Source: Eledone cirrhosa (taxonomy: Eukaryota). From it: a DNA stretch of 64,000 bases. Where the stretch lies: positions 159,464,001 to 159,528,000 of the forward strand of contig OZ024741.1 in the NCBI GenBank assembly GCA_964016885.1, given 5' to 3'. Made by a program: the position numbers and the translations under genes. The notes under the pieces were generated by a model, which worked only from the letters and a program-made list of their open reading frames with translations, was not told the DNA's origin and made no database searches. Below, one piece after another: positions 1 through 12,260 of this stretch. Positions within the stretch are counted from its first letter, which is position 1. Every line of letters begins with the position of its first letter.

Positions 1-2508
1 ACCGTGTTACCTACACGGCCACATTACAGCGTGGACTGTGTGTTTTTTTGTCGTGACACCTACACGCCCTCATTTGTTTGGGACTGGATGTTGTGGTACC
101 AACATAACTTCACATTTAAGGGGGTGGTGTGGATGGGGTGGGGGTAGTGGGACGGGGGTGTATTTTGTTAGAGGTGCCTACTGATTGTAGGTTTCGCTTT
201 GTACTTAGGCAAGGCGGGTCTTCTGTATGACTGTGTAGCGCCAAAGATCTCGGTCCAGTGACATTGTCTTGGAGAGGTGTAAGTGTGTGAGGTCGGAATT
301 TATCAAGTCGTCCCAGGTTTTTCGGGGTCTGCCTACCCCGTGGCTACCGTCTATTTTTATCGCCCTGCACTTTTTTATACAGCTGTTGTCTTTCATGCGC
401 ATCACATGACCGTACCAACGTAGTCTTCTCTCGAGTAAACAACATCTGATCCCTCTTATTCCTAATTTCTCCCTTAGTTCGTTTATGCTTTGCCGTTTAC
501 GTATATTACTATTACACATCCAGCGGAGCATGCAAGCATCGTTTCTCTCCAGTCTGCATATATCCTCTGCACACAATGCCCAGGTCTCATTGCCATGTAA
601 CATTGCTGTTCGTATGCAGGCATCATACAGCCTGCCTTTCATTTTTAGAGAGAACCCTTTAGCAGCCAATAGTGGTATAAGCTCTCTGAACTTTTTCCAT
701 CCCGTTCTGACTCTAGCTACTGTACTTTCAGAGCACCCTCCCCCACTGCTGATTTTGTCACCCAGGTAACGGAAGGTGTCCACTATTTCTATAGAATCAT
801 CTGTGCAATGGAATGAGTTAGTATTCTGTGGGCACTTGCTGCTACTTATTGCACAAGAGCACCAGCCACATATAAAATCTATATTCTTAGTTAGCTTACC
901 TGTGATCCCACTACATCTTTTATGCACCCATACTCTGCATTTGGGACATAAAATGGAGTTTCTGCCTACTCCTTTCCTACACACTGAGCATGGCCATTTC
1001 CCAGATGGGACCGGTGCCCTATTTTCCTTCCTACAAACTAGAACTTTAGTCTTAGACAAGTTAACTTTAAGGCCTTTTGATTCTAGGCCATGCTTCCATG
1101 TTTGGAATTTCTTCTCTAGTTCAGCCATTGATTCAGCTATGAGCGTTAGATCATCTGCATATAGGAGTTCCCATGGGCAGCCGGTCTTGAACTCCTCTGT
1201 TATAGCCTGAAGGGCAATAATAAATAGTAGGGGGCTAAGAACGGAGCCCTGATGAACACCAACTTTTACGCTAAACTCTTCACTATATTCGTTGTTAATT
1301 CTAACCTTGCTGACTGTTTCTTTATACATGGCTTGTATAGCTCTCACAAGCCATTCATCAACACCTAGTTTTCTAAGAGCCCACCAGATAATGGAGCAGG
1401 GGACTCTGTCAAAGGTTTTCTCCAAGTCAACAAAAGCTAAGTATAGGGGTTTACTTTTAGCTAGGTACTTCTCCTGTAGTTGTCGTACAATGAAAAGAGC
1501 ATTTGTGGTACTTTTACCTGACACAAACCCGAACTGCATTTCATTTAGATCAATTCTCTCTCTGATTAGTTGCGCTATTACTTTTTCTGTGACCTTCATG
1601 ACCTGGTCGATTAATTTAATGCCTCTATAGTTACCCCTATCTAGGGCATCACGTTTATCCTTGTAGCAGTTAATGATGATGCTGCTACGCCAGTCCTTCG
1701 GAACGGCCCCATTCTGTATGACTTGGTTTACTATCCGGGTGACCATAGTGTGTCCCACCGTTCCAGATGCTTTCAGCATTTCAGCAACTATTTCCGAAGG
1801 CCCAGCCGCCTTACCCGTCTTCATATCTTTCATTGCCTTACTTATTATACTACCTTCAACTAGCACTGCTGGTCCCTCTATTGGATCGATGTGGGGGAGA
1901 CTGTCTTTCTCCCATTTATTCTCCTCATTTAGTAGCCTTTCGTAGTGACACTTCCAAGCTACCTTCTTATCGGCGTCAGTGATGGCAAGTACACCATCAT
2001 CATTAAGGACACACTTCTCCCCGACAATATCACGGTTTTCCTTGACACATTGCCTAGCAATCCTGAACACCTCACGTTTTTGGTCCTCACGTTGTAGAAC
2101 ATGCTTGAACTTTCTTTCCTCTGCTTCCCTTCTTGCGAAGTACACTTGTCTTCTAGCTTCCCTCCTGGCCACTTGATAGTCTTCTCTACTTCCCCCATCC
2201 CGCCATACTTTCCAAGCCTGCTTTTTGGCCTTAATTGACTCCTCCACCTTACTGTTCCACCACCACGTTACTCTCCTCCTGCCTATAGGCCTGCTCCAGC
2301 CACAGACTTCATCTGCCGCCTTCAGCAGGTTAGCTTTCAGGAATTCCCACTGTTCCTCTATATTGTACGACTCTAATTGCTCTTCCTTACTGTCGAAAGC
2401 ATCAAGTAATATGCTTTTAAATTTATTACTGGCTGTGGGGTCCTTTAGCTTCCATATTTTTCTCCTGAGGATAGTCCTCCTCTGTTGTCGAGTATGTCTT
2501 GTCCTGAC
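1..2508 (-). mobile_element. RTE-clade LINE, 5'-truncated (RT + PHD-like finger + C-terminus; 3' UTR runs off the window)
   Basis: ORF 205-2523 has RT motifs (FVDLEK, QGSVLSPLLF, YADD, YLG) and is closely similar to the 6645-9773 ORF; it stops at the (TA)n run near 2510. Confidence 0.93.
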
Positions 2509-2559
2509 TATATATATATACACATGTATGTATATGTTTATAAATGTATATATATTTTC

Positions 2560-3640
2560 CCCACCCTTGCAAGCAGGGAAAAGCAGACATAAAATAATGA
2601 TAATGATATGCTAATGACCTAGTTCTCATAGCTGAATCCGTAGGAGATTTAGAGGCAAAATTTCGAGCTAGAGTCGAAAGGCCTAAAAATAAATTTAGCA
2701 AAGATGAAAGTCTCAATAACTAGAATGGAGGACAGGAAGGTGATGCTATCAGGAAAGTTGCTTTGTTCAATATGTCAGAAAGTGTTGGGCAGAAATTACG
2801 TAAGGTGCACGCACTGTAATTTATAGACACACCAGAGATGTAGAGGGATTTCAGATAGGCTAATGGAAAAGACTTTATAGGTGCTAATTGCACAAGAAAA
2901 GGGAGTACAAAGAGCACACATGAAATAGATTCCTTCGGTGCCAGGAGGAGCTCCCTAGAAGTTGTTGACAGCTTTTGCTACCTAGGTGATCAAATTAGTA
3001 TTAGGGAGGATGTGCCGAATGTGTGATAGCTAAGGTAAGAGCAGGCTGGAAGAAGTTTAGAGATCTATTACTACTGCTGACAACAAAATACTTTCCTCTC
3101 GGAGTGAAGAGTAGACTGTATGATGCCTGTGAGTGAACAGCAATGCTACATGGCAGGAAAACATGGGCCCAGACTGCAGAAGACCTATGAAGACTAGATA
3201 GAAACATGTTGTGTATGTTCCGATGGATGTGTAATGTGTGCATGAGTGACATAGTATAAGCAAACTGAGGGAAAAACTTGGCATAAGAAGAGTTGGAAGT
3301 AGTGCATCCGAGAGAAGACTGTGTTGGTATAGTCATGTGATATGCATGAAAGATGACAGCTGCATAAAGAAATGCAGAGAAACCCTAAGTAGTTGGGAAC
3401 AGCAAAAACACGCCCAAGAAGACATGGGATGAGGCTGTGAAGACTGACCTTAAAAAACTAAGCCTCACAACAGAAATGAATAAAGATTGCAAGGGCTGGT
3501 GCTATGCAGTGCTGAAGCATACAATGTGGCACTCACTAACAGCTATTCTCAACATTACTACACCAATTTCACCACACCCCTCATGTCATCCCCCCAGCAC
3601 TAACTTCTCGCCGCTGCTCCTTTAAGTCACCAAAACGACA
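2560..3640 (+). mobile_element. Decayed RTE LINE fragments
   Basis: Interrupted RTE C-terminal coding remnants (YLGDQIS, GWKKF, KTWDE) plus an RTE-type tail at ~2560-2610. Confidence 0.75.
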
Positions 3641-3994
3641 ACTTTACGGATGTAGGATGGATACTTTTTTGTCGTGTCACCAACACAATCTCCTTGCAAG
3701 GTGGGCTGGGTGCTCTTTGTCATTTTTATAGCCTCTCCATGCATGAGCACATCATTCTTTATATTAACTTTATCTTCTCAGTGCTCTGTAAGAGTTCAAG
3801 AGATTGGCTATATATACACAATGTTTGTTTACATACGGATGTTTGTCCACATCAGGTGTTAAACTAATATATTCCTTCCATATACTGTACCATTTGTATT
3901 GTTATTTCTGTTTACCTTTTACAGACATACATGCATACACATATATATATATATATATATATATAAAATACAATATGTTGAAAAGGTAACACAC

Positions 3995-4037
<43 letters not shown>

Positions 4038-4200
4038 AACTGAAGCATTTAATTGATCGACATATGTTTCCCCAGGCTAAATAAGAACATTCCCATTAAA
4101 TGTGATATATATATATATGGGATCTATAAATCTATTAACATTAAGAAAATATTACCTTCAATTGTGCATCATATTGTCCACAGCAGCTGGTTTAAATGTC

Positions 4201-4283
4201 ATTATGACATATAAAATAAAGTACCAGTAATGCACTGGGTAATTGCTGGCCTTGTGCCTAAAGTAGAAACAATTATGACATAT
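4201..4283 (+). mobile_element. 5'-truncated tRNA-derived SINE with 12-bp TSD
   Basis: SINE 3' part (AAAGTACCAGTAATGCACTGGG...GGCCTTGTGCCTAAAGTAGAAAC) flanked by ATTATGACATAT at 4201-4212 and 4272-4283. Confidence 0.85.
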
Positions 4284-4991
4284 TTATCCACAAAATAATG
4301 TTACAGATGTTATGGTTACATAATTGTATTTATTGCGTTATATGTATTTCAACGACATGGTAGGTAGTAATTATGCAATGGTTACATCATTAACTGCACC
4401 AATGTAATGTTGGATGCTAACATAATTATATGAAGTAGTTATGTTGATATATTGATTTGCTGCTGGTAAAATAGTGCAAGTGAACATATGATATACCATA
4501 AATAGCTTCGTAATAGTGCTTGTGTGGCAGAAGTATCATGTATTGGATGGATATGTGTATATCCATTCACTCTTAGTATTATTCTGAAATGGTAATACTA
4601 ATTTGCATATAATTAGCACTTGAGTAGTTAATTAATTAATTAAGATATATTTTGAGAAGTGCACTAGCAGCTGAAGTGTATGATTAAGTTATATAATACA
4701 GAGTGTGTAACTGAGACAGCGCCAACATGTATAAATAGATACACATATGTAATTAAACGATTATGACAGTGAATATGTAGGTGTATAAACACACCAGAAA
4801 ATGAGATGTATATATATATTTATGTGTGTGTAAACATATATATATATATATATGCTTGAAATAGCAGGAAGAGGGCCTTAACATTTCGGAAGCTGTGTAT
4901 GTATATTTATGTGTTTATATATGTATATGTATATACATATAGGTGTATGTATATATATGTTTGCATATATGTATATATATATATATATACA

Positions 4992-6236
4992 TATCATCAT
5001 CATCATATGTCCGCTTTTCCCTGCTTACAAGGGTTGGACGGGTCCTATTCAGCACGCATCTCTCCACTTGTCACGGTCCTTCGTCACCTCCTCGGTGAGT
5101 TTCTGAGGTCTGCTCTCACCACCTCCGTGTTACATTTTATCATCATCATCTTCCATTGGTTTAGACAGGAATTATCCCACTTGAGGCAAGATTGGTCGTC
5201 TCACTCATATAGCAGGTTTGGCAGATTTTCTACGGCTGGATGCATGTTGGTGGGAGTGGAGGGTGGAGTAGGGGTAGTGGGATGGGGGTGTATATTTGTT
5301 TAAGAGGTGCCTACTGACTAGGTTTCGCTTTGTACTTAGGCAAGGCGGGTCTTCTGTATTACTGCGTAGAGAGGTGTAAGTGTGTAAGGTCGGAATTTAT
5401 CAAATCGTCCCAGGTTTTTCTTGGTCTGCCTACTCCCTAACTTCCATCAATTTTGATCGCCCTGCACTTTTTTATACATCTGTCATCTTTCATGCGCATC
5501 ACGTGACCATACCAACGTAGTCTTCTCTTGAGTAAACAGCATCTGATCCCTCTTATTCCTAATTTCTCACTTAGACCCTACCCATCACCTAATGCTAATA
5601 TACATTATGCATGCATGCTTCGTTCTCTCCAGTCTGCGCAGGTCCTCTGCACACAATGCCCATGTCTCACTGCCATGTAACATTGCTGTTCGTATGCAAG
5701 CATCATACAGTCTGCCTTTCATTTTTAGAGAGAAACCTTTAACAGCCAATAGTGGTATAAGCTCTCTGAACTTTTTCCATCCCGTTCTGACTCTGGCTAC
5801 TGTACTTTCTGAGCACCCTCCACCACTGCTGATTTTGTCACCCAGGTAACGGAAGGTGTCTACTGTTTCTATAGAGCCATCTGGGCAGTAGAAGAAGCTA
5901 ATATCCTGTGGGCACTTGCTACTTATTGCACCTGAGCACTGGCCACATATAAAATCTACCTTCTTAGATAGCTTACCTGTGATCCCTCTACATCTTTTAT
6001 GCACCCATACTTTGCATTTGGGACATAAAATGGAATTTCTGCCTACTGCTTTCCTACACACTGAGCATGGCCATTTCCCAGAGGGGACCAGTGCCCTATT
6101 TTCCTTCCTACATACTAGAACTTTAGTCTTAGACAAGTTAACTTTAAGGCCTTTTGATTCTAGGCCATGCTTCCATGTTTTGAATTTCTTCTCTAGTTCA
6201 GTCATCGATTCAGCTATGAGCGCTAGATCATCTGTA
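4992..6236 (-). mobile_element. 5'-truncated, internally deleted RTE LINE with composite 3' end
   Basis: ORF 5585-6205 matches the RTE thumb/PHD region; (CAT)n tails at ~4995 and ~5140. Confidence 0.88.
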
Positions 6237-6246
6237 TATGTGTAAG

Positions 6247-6287
<41 letters not shown>

Positions 6288-6288
<1 letters not shown>

Positions 6289-9200
6289 ATCATCATCATC
6301 ATCATCAACGTTTAACGTCCGTGTTCCACGCTTGCATGGGTTTGGACGGGGGTAGTCCCACTTGAGGCAAGAGTGATTGTCTTGCTCGCATAGGACTGTC
6401 TGGCAGGTTTTCTACAGTTGGATGCCCTTCCTAACACCAACCACATTTACAGTGTGGGTCTGGGAGGTTTTTACCGTGTTGCCTACACGGCCACATTACA
6501 GCGTGGACTGTGTTTTTTTTTTTCGTGACACCTACACGATCTCATTTGTTTCGGCCCGGATGGCGCGGCACCAACATAACTTTACATAGGACGGGGTGGT
6601 GTGGATGGGGTGGGGGTGGTGGTGGTGGGACGGGGTGTATTTTGTTAGAGATGCCTACTGGCAAGGCGGGTCTTCTCTGTTACTGAGTACCGCCAAAGGT
6701 CTCGGTCCAGTGACATTGTCTTGGAGAGGTGTAAGTGTGTGAGGTCGGAGTTTATCAGCTCGTCCCAGGTTTTTCTAGGTCTGCCTATTCCGTGGCTACC
6801 GTCTATCTTTATTGCCCTGCACTTTGTTATACAGCTATCGACTTTCATGCGCATCACGTGTCCATACCAACGTAGCCTTCTCTCGAGTAAACAACATCTG
6901 ATCCCTCTTATCTCTAATTTTTTCCTTAGTTCGTTTATGCTTTGCCGTTCACGTATATTACTGTTACACATCCAGCGGAGCATGCAAGCTTCGTTCCTCT
7001 CTAGTCTGCGTATATCCTCTGCACACAATGCCCAGGTCTCACTGCCATGCAACATTGCTGTTCGTATGCAGGCATCGTACAACCTGCCTTTCATTTTTAG
7101 GGAGAACCCTTTAGCAGCTAATAGTGGTATAAGCTCTCTGAACTTTTTCCAACCAGTTCTGACTCTAGCTACAGTACTTTCAGAGCACCCTCCCCCACTG
7201 CTGATTTTATCGCCCAGGTAACGGAAGCTGTCCACTATTTCTATAGAACCCTCTGCGCAATTGAAAGAGCTAGTATTGTGTGGGCACTTGCTGCTACTTA
7301 TTGCACCAGAACACCGGCCACATGTAAAATCTATGTTCTTAGTTAGCTTACCTGTGATCCCACTACATCTTTTATGCACCCATACTTTGCATTTAGGACA
7401 CAAAATGGAGTTTCTACCTACGCCTTTCCTACACACCGAGCACGACCATTTCCCAGAAGGGACCGCCGCCTTGTTTTCTTTCCTACAAACTAGAACTTTG
7501 GTCTTAGCCAGGTTAATTTTAAGTCCTTTTGACTCTAGGCCGTGCTTCCATGTTTGGAATTTCTTCTCTAGCTCGGCCATTGATTCCGCTATGAGTGTCA
7601 GGTCGTCTGCGTATAGGAGTTCCCATGGGCAGCCTGTCTTGAACTCCTCTGTTATAGCCTGAAGGGCAATAATAAATAGTAGGGGGCTGAGAACAGAGCC
7701 CTGATGGACGCCAACTTTTACGCTAAACTCTTCACTATATTCGTTGTTAATTCTAACCTTGCTGACTGTTTCTTTATACATGGCTTGTATAGCCCTCACA
7801 AGCCATTCGTCAACGCCTAGTTTTCTAAGAGCCCACCAGATAATGGAGCGGGGGACTCTGTCGAAGGCTTTCTCCAAGTCGACAAAAGCTAAGTAGAGGG
7901 GTTTACCTTTAGCTAGGTACTTCTCCTGTAGTTGTCGTACTATGAAAAGAGCGTCTGTGGTACTTTTGCCTGACACAAACCCGAACTGCATTTCATCTAG
8001 GTCAATTCTCTCTCTGATTAGTTGCGCTATTACTTTTTCTGTGACCTTCATGACCTGGTCGATTAATTTAATGCCTCTATAGTTACTCCTATCTAGGGCG
8101 TCTCCTTTACCCTTATAACAGTTAACGATGATGCTGCTATGCCAGTCCTTCGGAACAGCCCCATTCTGTACGACTTGGTTAACTATGCGGGTGACCATGG
8201 TGTGTCCCACCGTGCCAGATGCCTTCAGCATCTCAGCAACTATTTCCGAAGGCCCAGCCGCCTTACCTGTCTTCATATCCTTGATTGCCTTACTTATTAT
8301 ACTCCCCTCGACTAACACTGCTGGTCCCTCTATTGGGTCGACATGGGGGAGACTGTCTTTCTCCCATTTATTCTCCTCATTTAGTAGCCTTTCATAGTGA
8401 CACTTCCAAGCTGCCTTCTTATCAGTGTCGGTGATGGCAAGTATGCCATCATCGTTAAGTACACACTTCTCCCCGACAATATCACGGTTTTCCTTGACGC
8501 ATTGCCTAGCAATCCTGAACACCTCACGTTTTTGGTCATCGCGTTGTAGGACATGCTTGAACTTTCTTTCCTCAGCTTCCCTTCTTGCTAAGTACACTTC
8601 TCTCCTAGCTTCCCTCCTGGCCACTTGATAGTCTACTCTACTTCCCCCATCCCGCCATACTTTCCAAGCCTGCTTTTTGGCCTTAATTGACTCCTCCACC
8701 TTACTGTTCCACCACCATGTTACTCTCCTCCTGCCTACAGGCCTGCTCCAGCCACAGACTTCGTCTGTGGCCAACAGCAGGTTTGCTTTCAGAAATTCCC
8801 ACTGTCCCTCTATATTGTCCGACTCTAAGTGTTCTTCCTTACTGTCGAAAGCATCAAGTAATATGTTTTGAAATTTATTTTTGGCTGTGGGGTCCTTTAG
8901 CTTCCATATTTTTCTCCTGAGGATAGTCCTCTTCTGCTGTCGAGTACGTCTCGACCTGACTATGAGGTCGCTAATTATCAGTCTATGTTGGGAGGTGCAT
9001 TCTTCATGGGGGAGGGATTTAGTGTTTACAACAGACACTCTGTCACGTCTTCTGGTAAGGATATAATCTACCTGGCTTGTGTGTTCCCCGGATCTATAGG
9101 TGATCAGGTGATTGTCACGTTTTTTGAAGTTAGTGTTACAGATAGTTAGGTTATTTGCATCACAGAATTCCAGGATTCTGGAGCCTTCCTCATTTCTAGT

Positions 9201-9806
9201 ACCAAACCCATAGCCTCCATGGATTTCGTCGTAGCCGTCACAATGTTGCCCAACGTGACCATTTAGGTCGCCTGCAATAATTATATAGTCACTGTCAGAT
9301 ATTTGGGAGGTAGTGAGCATCAGTGTCTCATAGAATCTGTCTTTTATAGTGCCGGGCAGTCCGGATTGGGGTGCATACGCAGATATTACTGTCACCGTAG
9401 TTCTATTGAGGACAAGTCGTATTTTAATTATTCTGTCGTTCACTCTATTTACGTCTATTATCTTATCCGCCCACTTTTCTGCTACCATGATTCCTACTCC
9501 ACCCAGCCCATCGTCGTTTCCCACCCAGAAAAGCTTATAACATCGTTTTTTACCCTCAATGAATCTAGCAGACCCACCCCTCCACCTGGTCTCTTGAATA
9601 CAACAAACATCGACCTCCTTACGTTCAAGCATTTCTACAACCTCGTTAGCGCGCCCCTTTAGGGTGCCTACATTTATGGTACCAACTCTGAAGTTTTGGA
9701 TCGCGTTTGGAGGGTGGGGGTGGTGTGGGGCGGGGGGAGATGGGGTTATGTTAGCCATCCGCGGGCGAAACAAAGAAGAGTGCTCGCATTCTCGTCCACG
9801 AGGTGA
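6288..9806 (-). mobile_element. Apparently full-length RTE LINE
   Basis: (CAT)n tail at 6288-6306, 3' UTR, a single uninterrupted ORF and a short 5' leader; (TA)n microsatellite on both flanks. Confidence 0.93.
6645..9758 (-). CDS. RTE ORF: APE endonuclease + reverse transcriptase with inserted PHD-like Cys/His finger
   Basis: APE motifs (TINVGTL, QETRW, SAYAPQ, GDLNGHVG, VDYIL, SQHRLI), RT motifs (FVDLEKAFD, QGSVLSP, YADD), CxxC..CxxC..HxxC..CxxC. First ATG at 9758 (the ORF track starts at an upstream TTG). Confidence 0.93.
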   Translation of the reverse strand: MANITPSPPAPHHPHPPNAIQNFRVGTINVGTLKGRANEVVEMLERKEVDVCCIQETRWRGGSARFIEGKKRCYKLFWVGNDDGLGGVGIMVAEKWADKIIDVNRVNDRIIKIRLVLNRTTVTVISAYAPQSGLPGTIKDRFYETLMLTTSQISDSDYIIIAGDLNGHVGQHCDGYDEIHGGYGFGTRNEEGSRILEFCDANNLTICNTNFKKRDNHLITYRSGEHTSQVDYILTRRRDRVSVVNTKSLPHEECTSQHRLIISDLIVRSRRTRQQKRTILRRKIWKLKDPTAKNKFQNILLDAFDSKEEHLESDNIEGQWEFLKANLLLATDEVCGWSRPVGRRRVTWWWNSKVEESIKAKKQAWKVWRDGGSRVDYQVARREARREVYLARREAEERKFKHVLQRDDQKREVFRIARQCVKENRDIVGEKCVLNDDGILAITDTDKKAAWKCHYERLLNEENKWEKDSLPHVDPIEGPAVLVEGSIISKAIKDMKTGKAAGPSEIVAEMLKASGTVGHTMVTRIVNQVVQNGAVPKDWHSSIIVNCYKGKGDALDRSNYRGIKLIDQVMKVTEKVIAQLIRERIDLDEMQFGFVSGKSTTDALFIVRQLQEKYLAKGKPLYLAFVDLEKAFDRVPRSIIWWALRKLGVDEWLVRAIQAMYKETVSKVRINNEYSEEFSVKVGVHQGSVLSPLLFIIALQAITEEFKTGCPWELLYADDLTLIAESMAELEKKFQTWKHGLESKGLKINLAKTKVLVCRKENKAAVPSGKWSCSVCRKGVGRNSILCPKCKVWVHKRCSGITGKLTKNIDFTCGRCSGAISSSKCPHNTSSFNCAEGSIEIVDSFRYLGDKISSGGGCSESTVARVRTGWKKFRELIPLLAAKGFSLKMKGRLYDACIRTAMLHGSETWALCAEDIRRLERNEACMLRWMCNSNIRERQSINELRKKLEIRGIRCCLLERRLRWYGHVMRMKVDSCITKCRAIKIDGSHGIGRPRKTWDELINSDLTHLHLSKTMSLDRDLWRYSVTEKTRLASRHL

Positions 9807-10425
9807 ATATATATATGATATATGTGTGTGTGTGTTTATATATATATATATATAATATATGTGTGTGTTTATATATATATATAATATATGTGTGTGTTTA
9901 TATATATATATAATATATGTGTGTGTTTATATATATATATATGTGTGTTTATATATTTATATATATGTGTGTGTGTTTATATATATATATATGTGTGTGT
10001 TTATATATATATGTGTGTGTGTTTATATATATATATATGATATATATATATGTGTGTTTATATATATATATGATATATATATATATGTGTGTTTATATAT
10101 ATATATGATATATATATATATGTGTGTTTATATGTGTGTGTTTATATATATATATGATATATATATGTGTGTGTGTTTATATATATATATGATATATATA
10201 TATGTGTGTGTTTATATATATATATGATATATATATGTGTGTGTGTTTATATATATATATGATATATATATATGTGTGTGTTTATATATATATGATATAA
10301 ATATATATGTGTGTTTATATATATGATATATATATATGTGTGTGTGTTTATATATATATATATGATATATATATATATGTGTGTGTGTTTATATAAATAT
10401 ATATATATGTTTGCATATATATATG
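9807..10425. repeat. Compound (TA)n/(TG)n microsatellite
   Basis: Directly visible. Confidence 0.95.
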
Positions 10426-10502
10426 TTTAATGAGTACTTATTAAACATATGACAATGACTTACATTCCACATAGTTTCATTCTTTTCTATTTTTCTTTGC
10501 AG

Positions 10503-10591
10503 AGAATTTGTAATGTGTGCGCTTACAACATACTGTTCTCAACGTGACATTGGCTCACCTCCCGCCTGTCTTGATGCTGTTGGTGGTACTG
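10503..10591 (+). CDS. TRMT1L: TRMT1L internal coding exon (first in window): (R)EFVMCALTTYCSQRDIGSPPACLDAVGGTG
   Basis: Pyrimidine tract + CAG acceptor, GTAAG donor; resembles vertebrate TRMT1L ECLDAFGATG SAM-binding motif I as recalled. Confidence 0.88.
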
Positions 10592-10629
10592 GTAAGATTA
10601 TTGCTCACTTCCTGTTTTAATTAATTTAT

Positions 10630-11180
10630 TTCACTCTCTCTTCTTTCATTGCATAGCAAAGACAATGATGAGATATTAGTGTTAAATCTACTGGAGAGTT
10701 CTCACACTCTCTCTTCTTTTCCTTCACCACAATGATAATGATAACAAAATAGCATTAAATATTCTACAGACTTCTATCACTCTCTCTTTAAACTCTACAT
10801 CGATGAGGATGATGATAAAATTGGGTTAAATATACTTTAGAGTCTCACTCGCTCTCCTTTCACTTCACAATGATGACAAAATTGTGTTAAATTTACTAGA
10901 GAGTTCTCATTCTCTCCTTTCATTCCACAGTGATCATGATGGTGACAAACTATTGTTAAATCTAATGGAGAGTTCCCCTTTCATTCCACAGCAATGACAA
11001 TGATGACAAAATAGTGTTACAGCTACTTGATAGTTCTCCTGTCACTCACTCCACAGCGATGATGATAACAAAATAGTATTAAATCTGCTGGACAGTTTTC
11101 CTTTCACTCACTCCTGTCTTTCATTCCACTGTTATGACAAAGAAACGAAATAATGTTAAAACTACTGGACAGTTCTTAGA
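10630..11180. repeat. Degenerate ~55-65 bp tandem repeat
   Basis: Recurring CACAATGATGACAAAATAGTGTTAAATCTACTGGAGAGTTCTC-like units, about nine copies. Confidence 0.75.
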
Positions 11181-11599
11181 CTTTGGTGCAATATGGACCC
11201 TACCCATCACCTAATGCTAATATACATTATGCAGCTCTGGTTTTTCTATGAGACACAAATTTTTAAATTTTTATCCATAGCCCATTTCTGCTGTCATGGC
11301 TACATTCTATATTCAAATATCACATTGAAAAGATGTGTTTGTACATATGTAGGCACCACTTTTCTTCTTCCCAACTGAACTCTAAAAGCTATCTCTGGTC
11401 CTATATCAAAGACACAAACTTCACCTTAGCCCTTCTTCTGAAAACTGTGGTAGGTCACTTTTATAATCACAACACTTCTTCATTCTCACTTTTCCCATGC
11501 TACAGATGTTGTCACTGTTGTAGTTGCAGCTGCAGAAACCAAATCTTTTGCAATACTAAATTCTCCACAACAATTAGTATCATCCTGTAGACGTAACTT

Positions 11600-11810
11600 T
11601 GGCAGCCACACCCACATGTAACCCTAGCTGACATACAGCCACATTCACATGTAACCCTAGCTGACATACAGCCACATCCACATGTATCCCTAGCTGACAT
11701 ATAACCGCACCCATACTTAACCCTAGCTGACATATAACCACACCCATATATAACCCTAGCTGACATATAACCACACCCATATGTAACCCTAGCTGTCATA
11801 CAACCATGCC
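11600..11810. repeat. 33-bp minisatellite (~6 copies)
   Basis: Unit ~ACCCACATGTAACCCTAGCTGACATACAGCCAC. Confidence 0.85.
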
Positions 11811-11811
11811 A

Positions 11812-12260
11812 ACACACCTACATAACTGTACCCATCACTAGCTACCCACCACATACCTACATAACTGTACCCCATCACTAGCTACCTACCACACACCTAC
11901 ATAACTGTACCCCATCAATAGCTACCCACCACACACTACATAACTATACCCCATCAGTGGCTACCCACCACATACCTACATAACTATACCCCATCAATAG
12001 CTACCCACCACATACCTACCTAAACTATACCCCATCAGTGGTTACCCACCACACACCTACATAACTACCCTATCAATAGCTACCCACCTACATAACTATA
12101 CCCCATCAATAGCTACCCACCACACACCTACATAACTATACCCCATCAGTGGCTACCCACCACACACCTACATAACTATACCCATCAGTGGCTACCCACA
12201 ACACACCTACATATCTATACCCCATCAGTAGCTACCCACCACATACCTATCTAAACTATG
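11812..12260. repeat. ~39-40 bp minisatellite (~11 copies)
   Basis: Unit ~ACACACCTACATAACTATACCCCATCAGTAGCTACCCACC. Confidence 0.88.

Noticed and set aside
120-160. G-quadruplex-like G runs (also ~6593-6640 and 9710-9745)
   Set aside because: Complement of C-rich RTE UTR and Pro-rich coding sequence; no independent evidence of function.
485-9855. Many short + strand ORFs
   Set aside because: Antisense shadows of the RTE ORFs or microsatellite translations.
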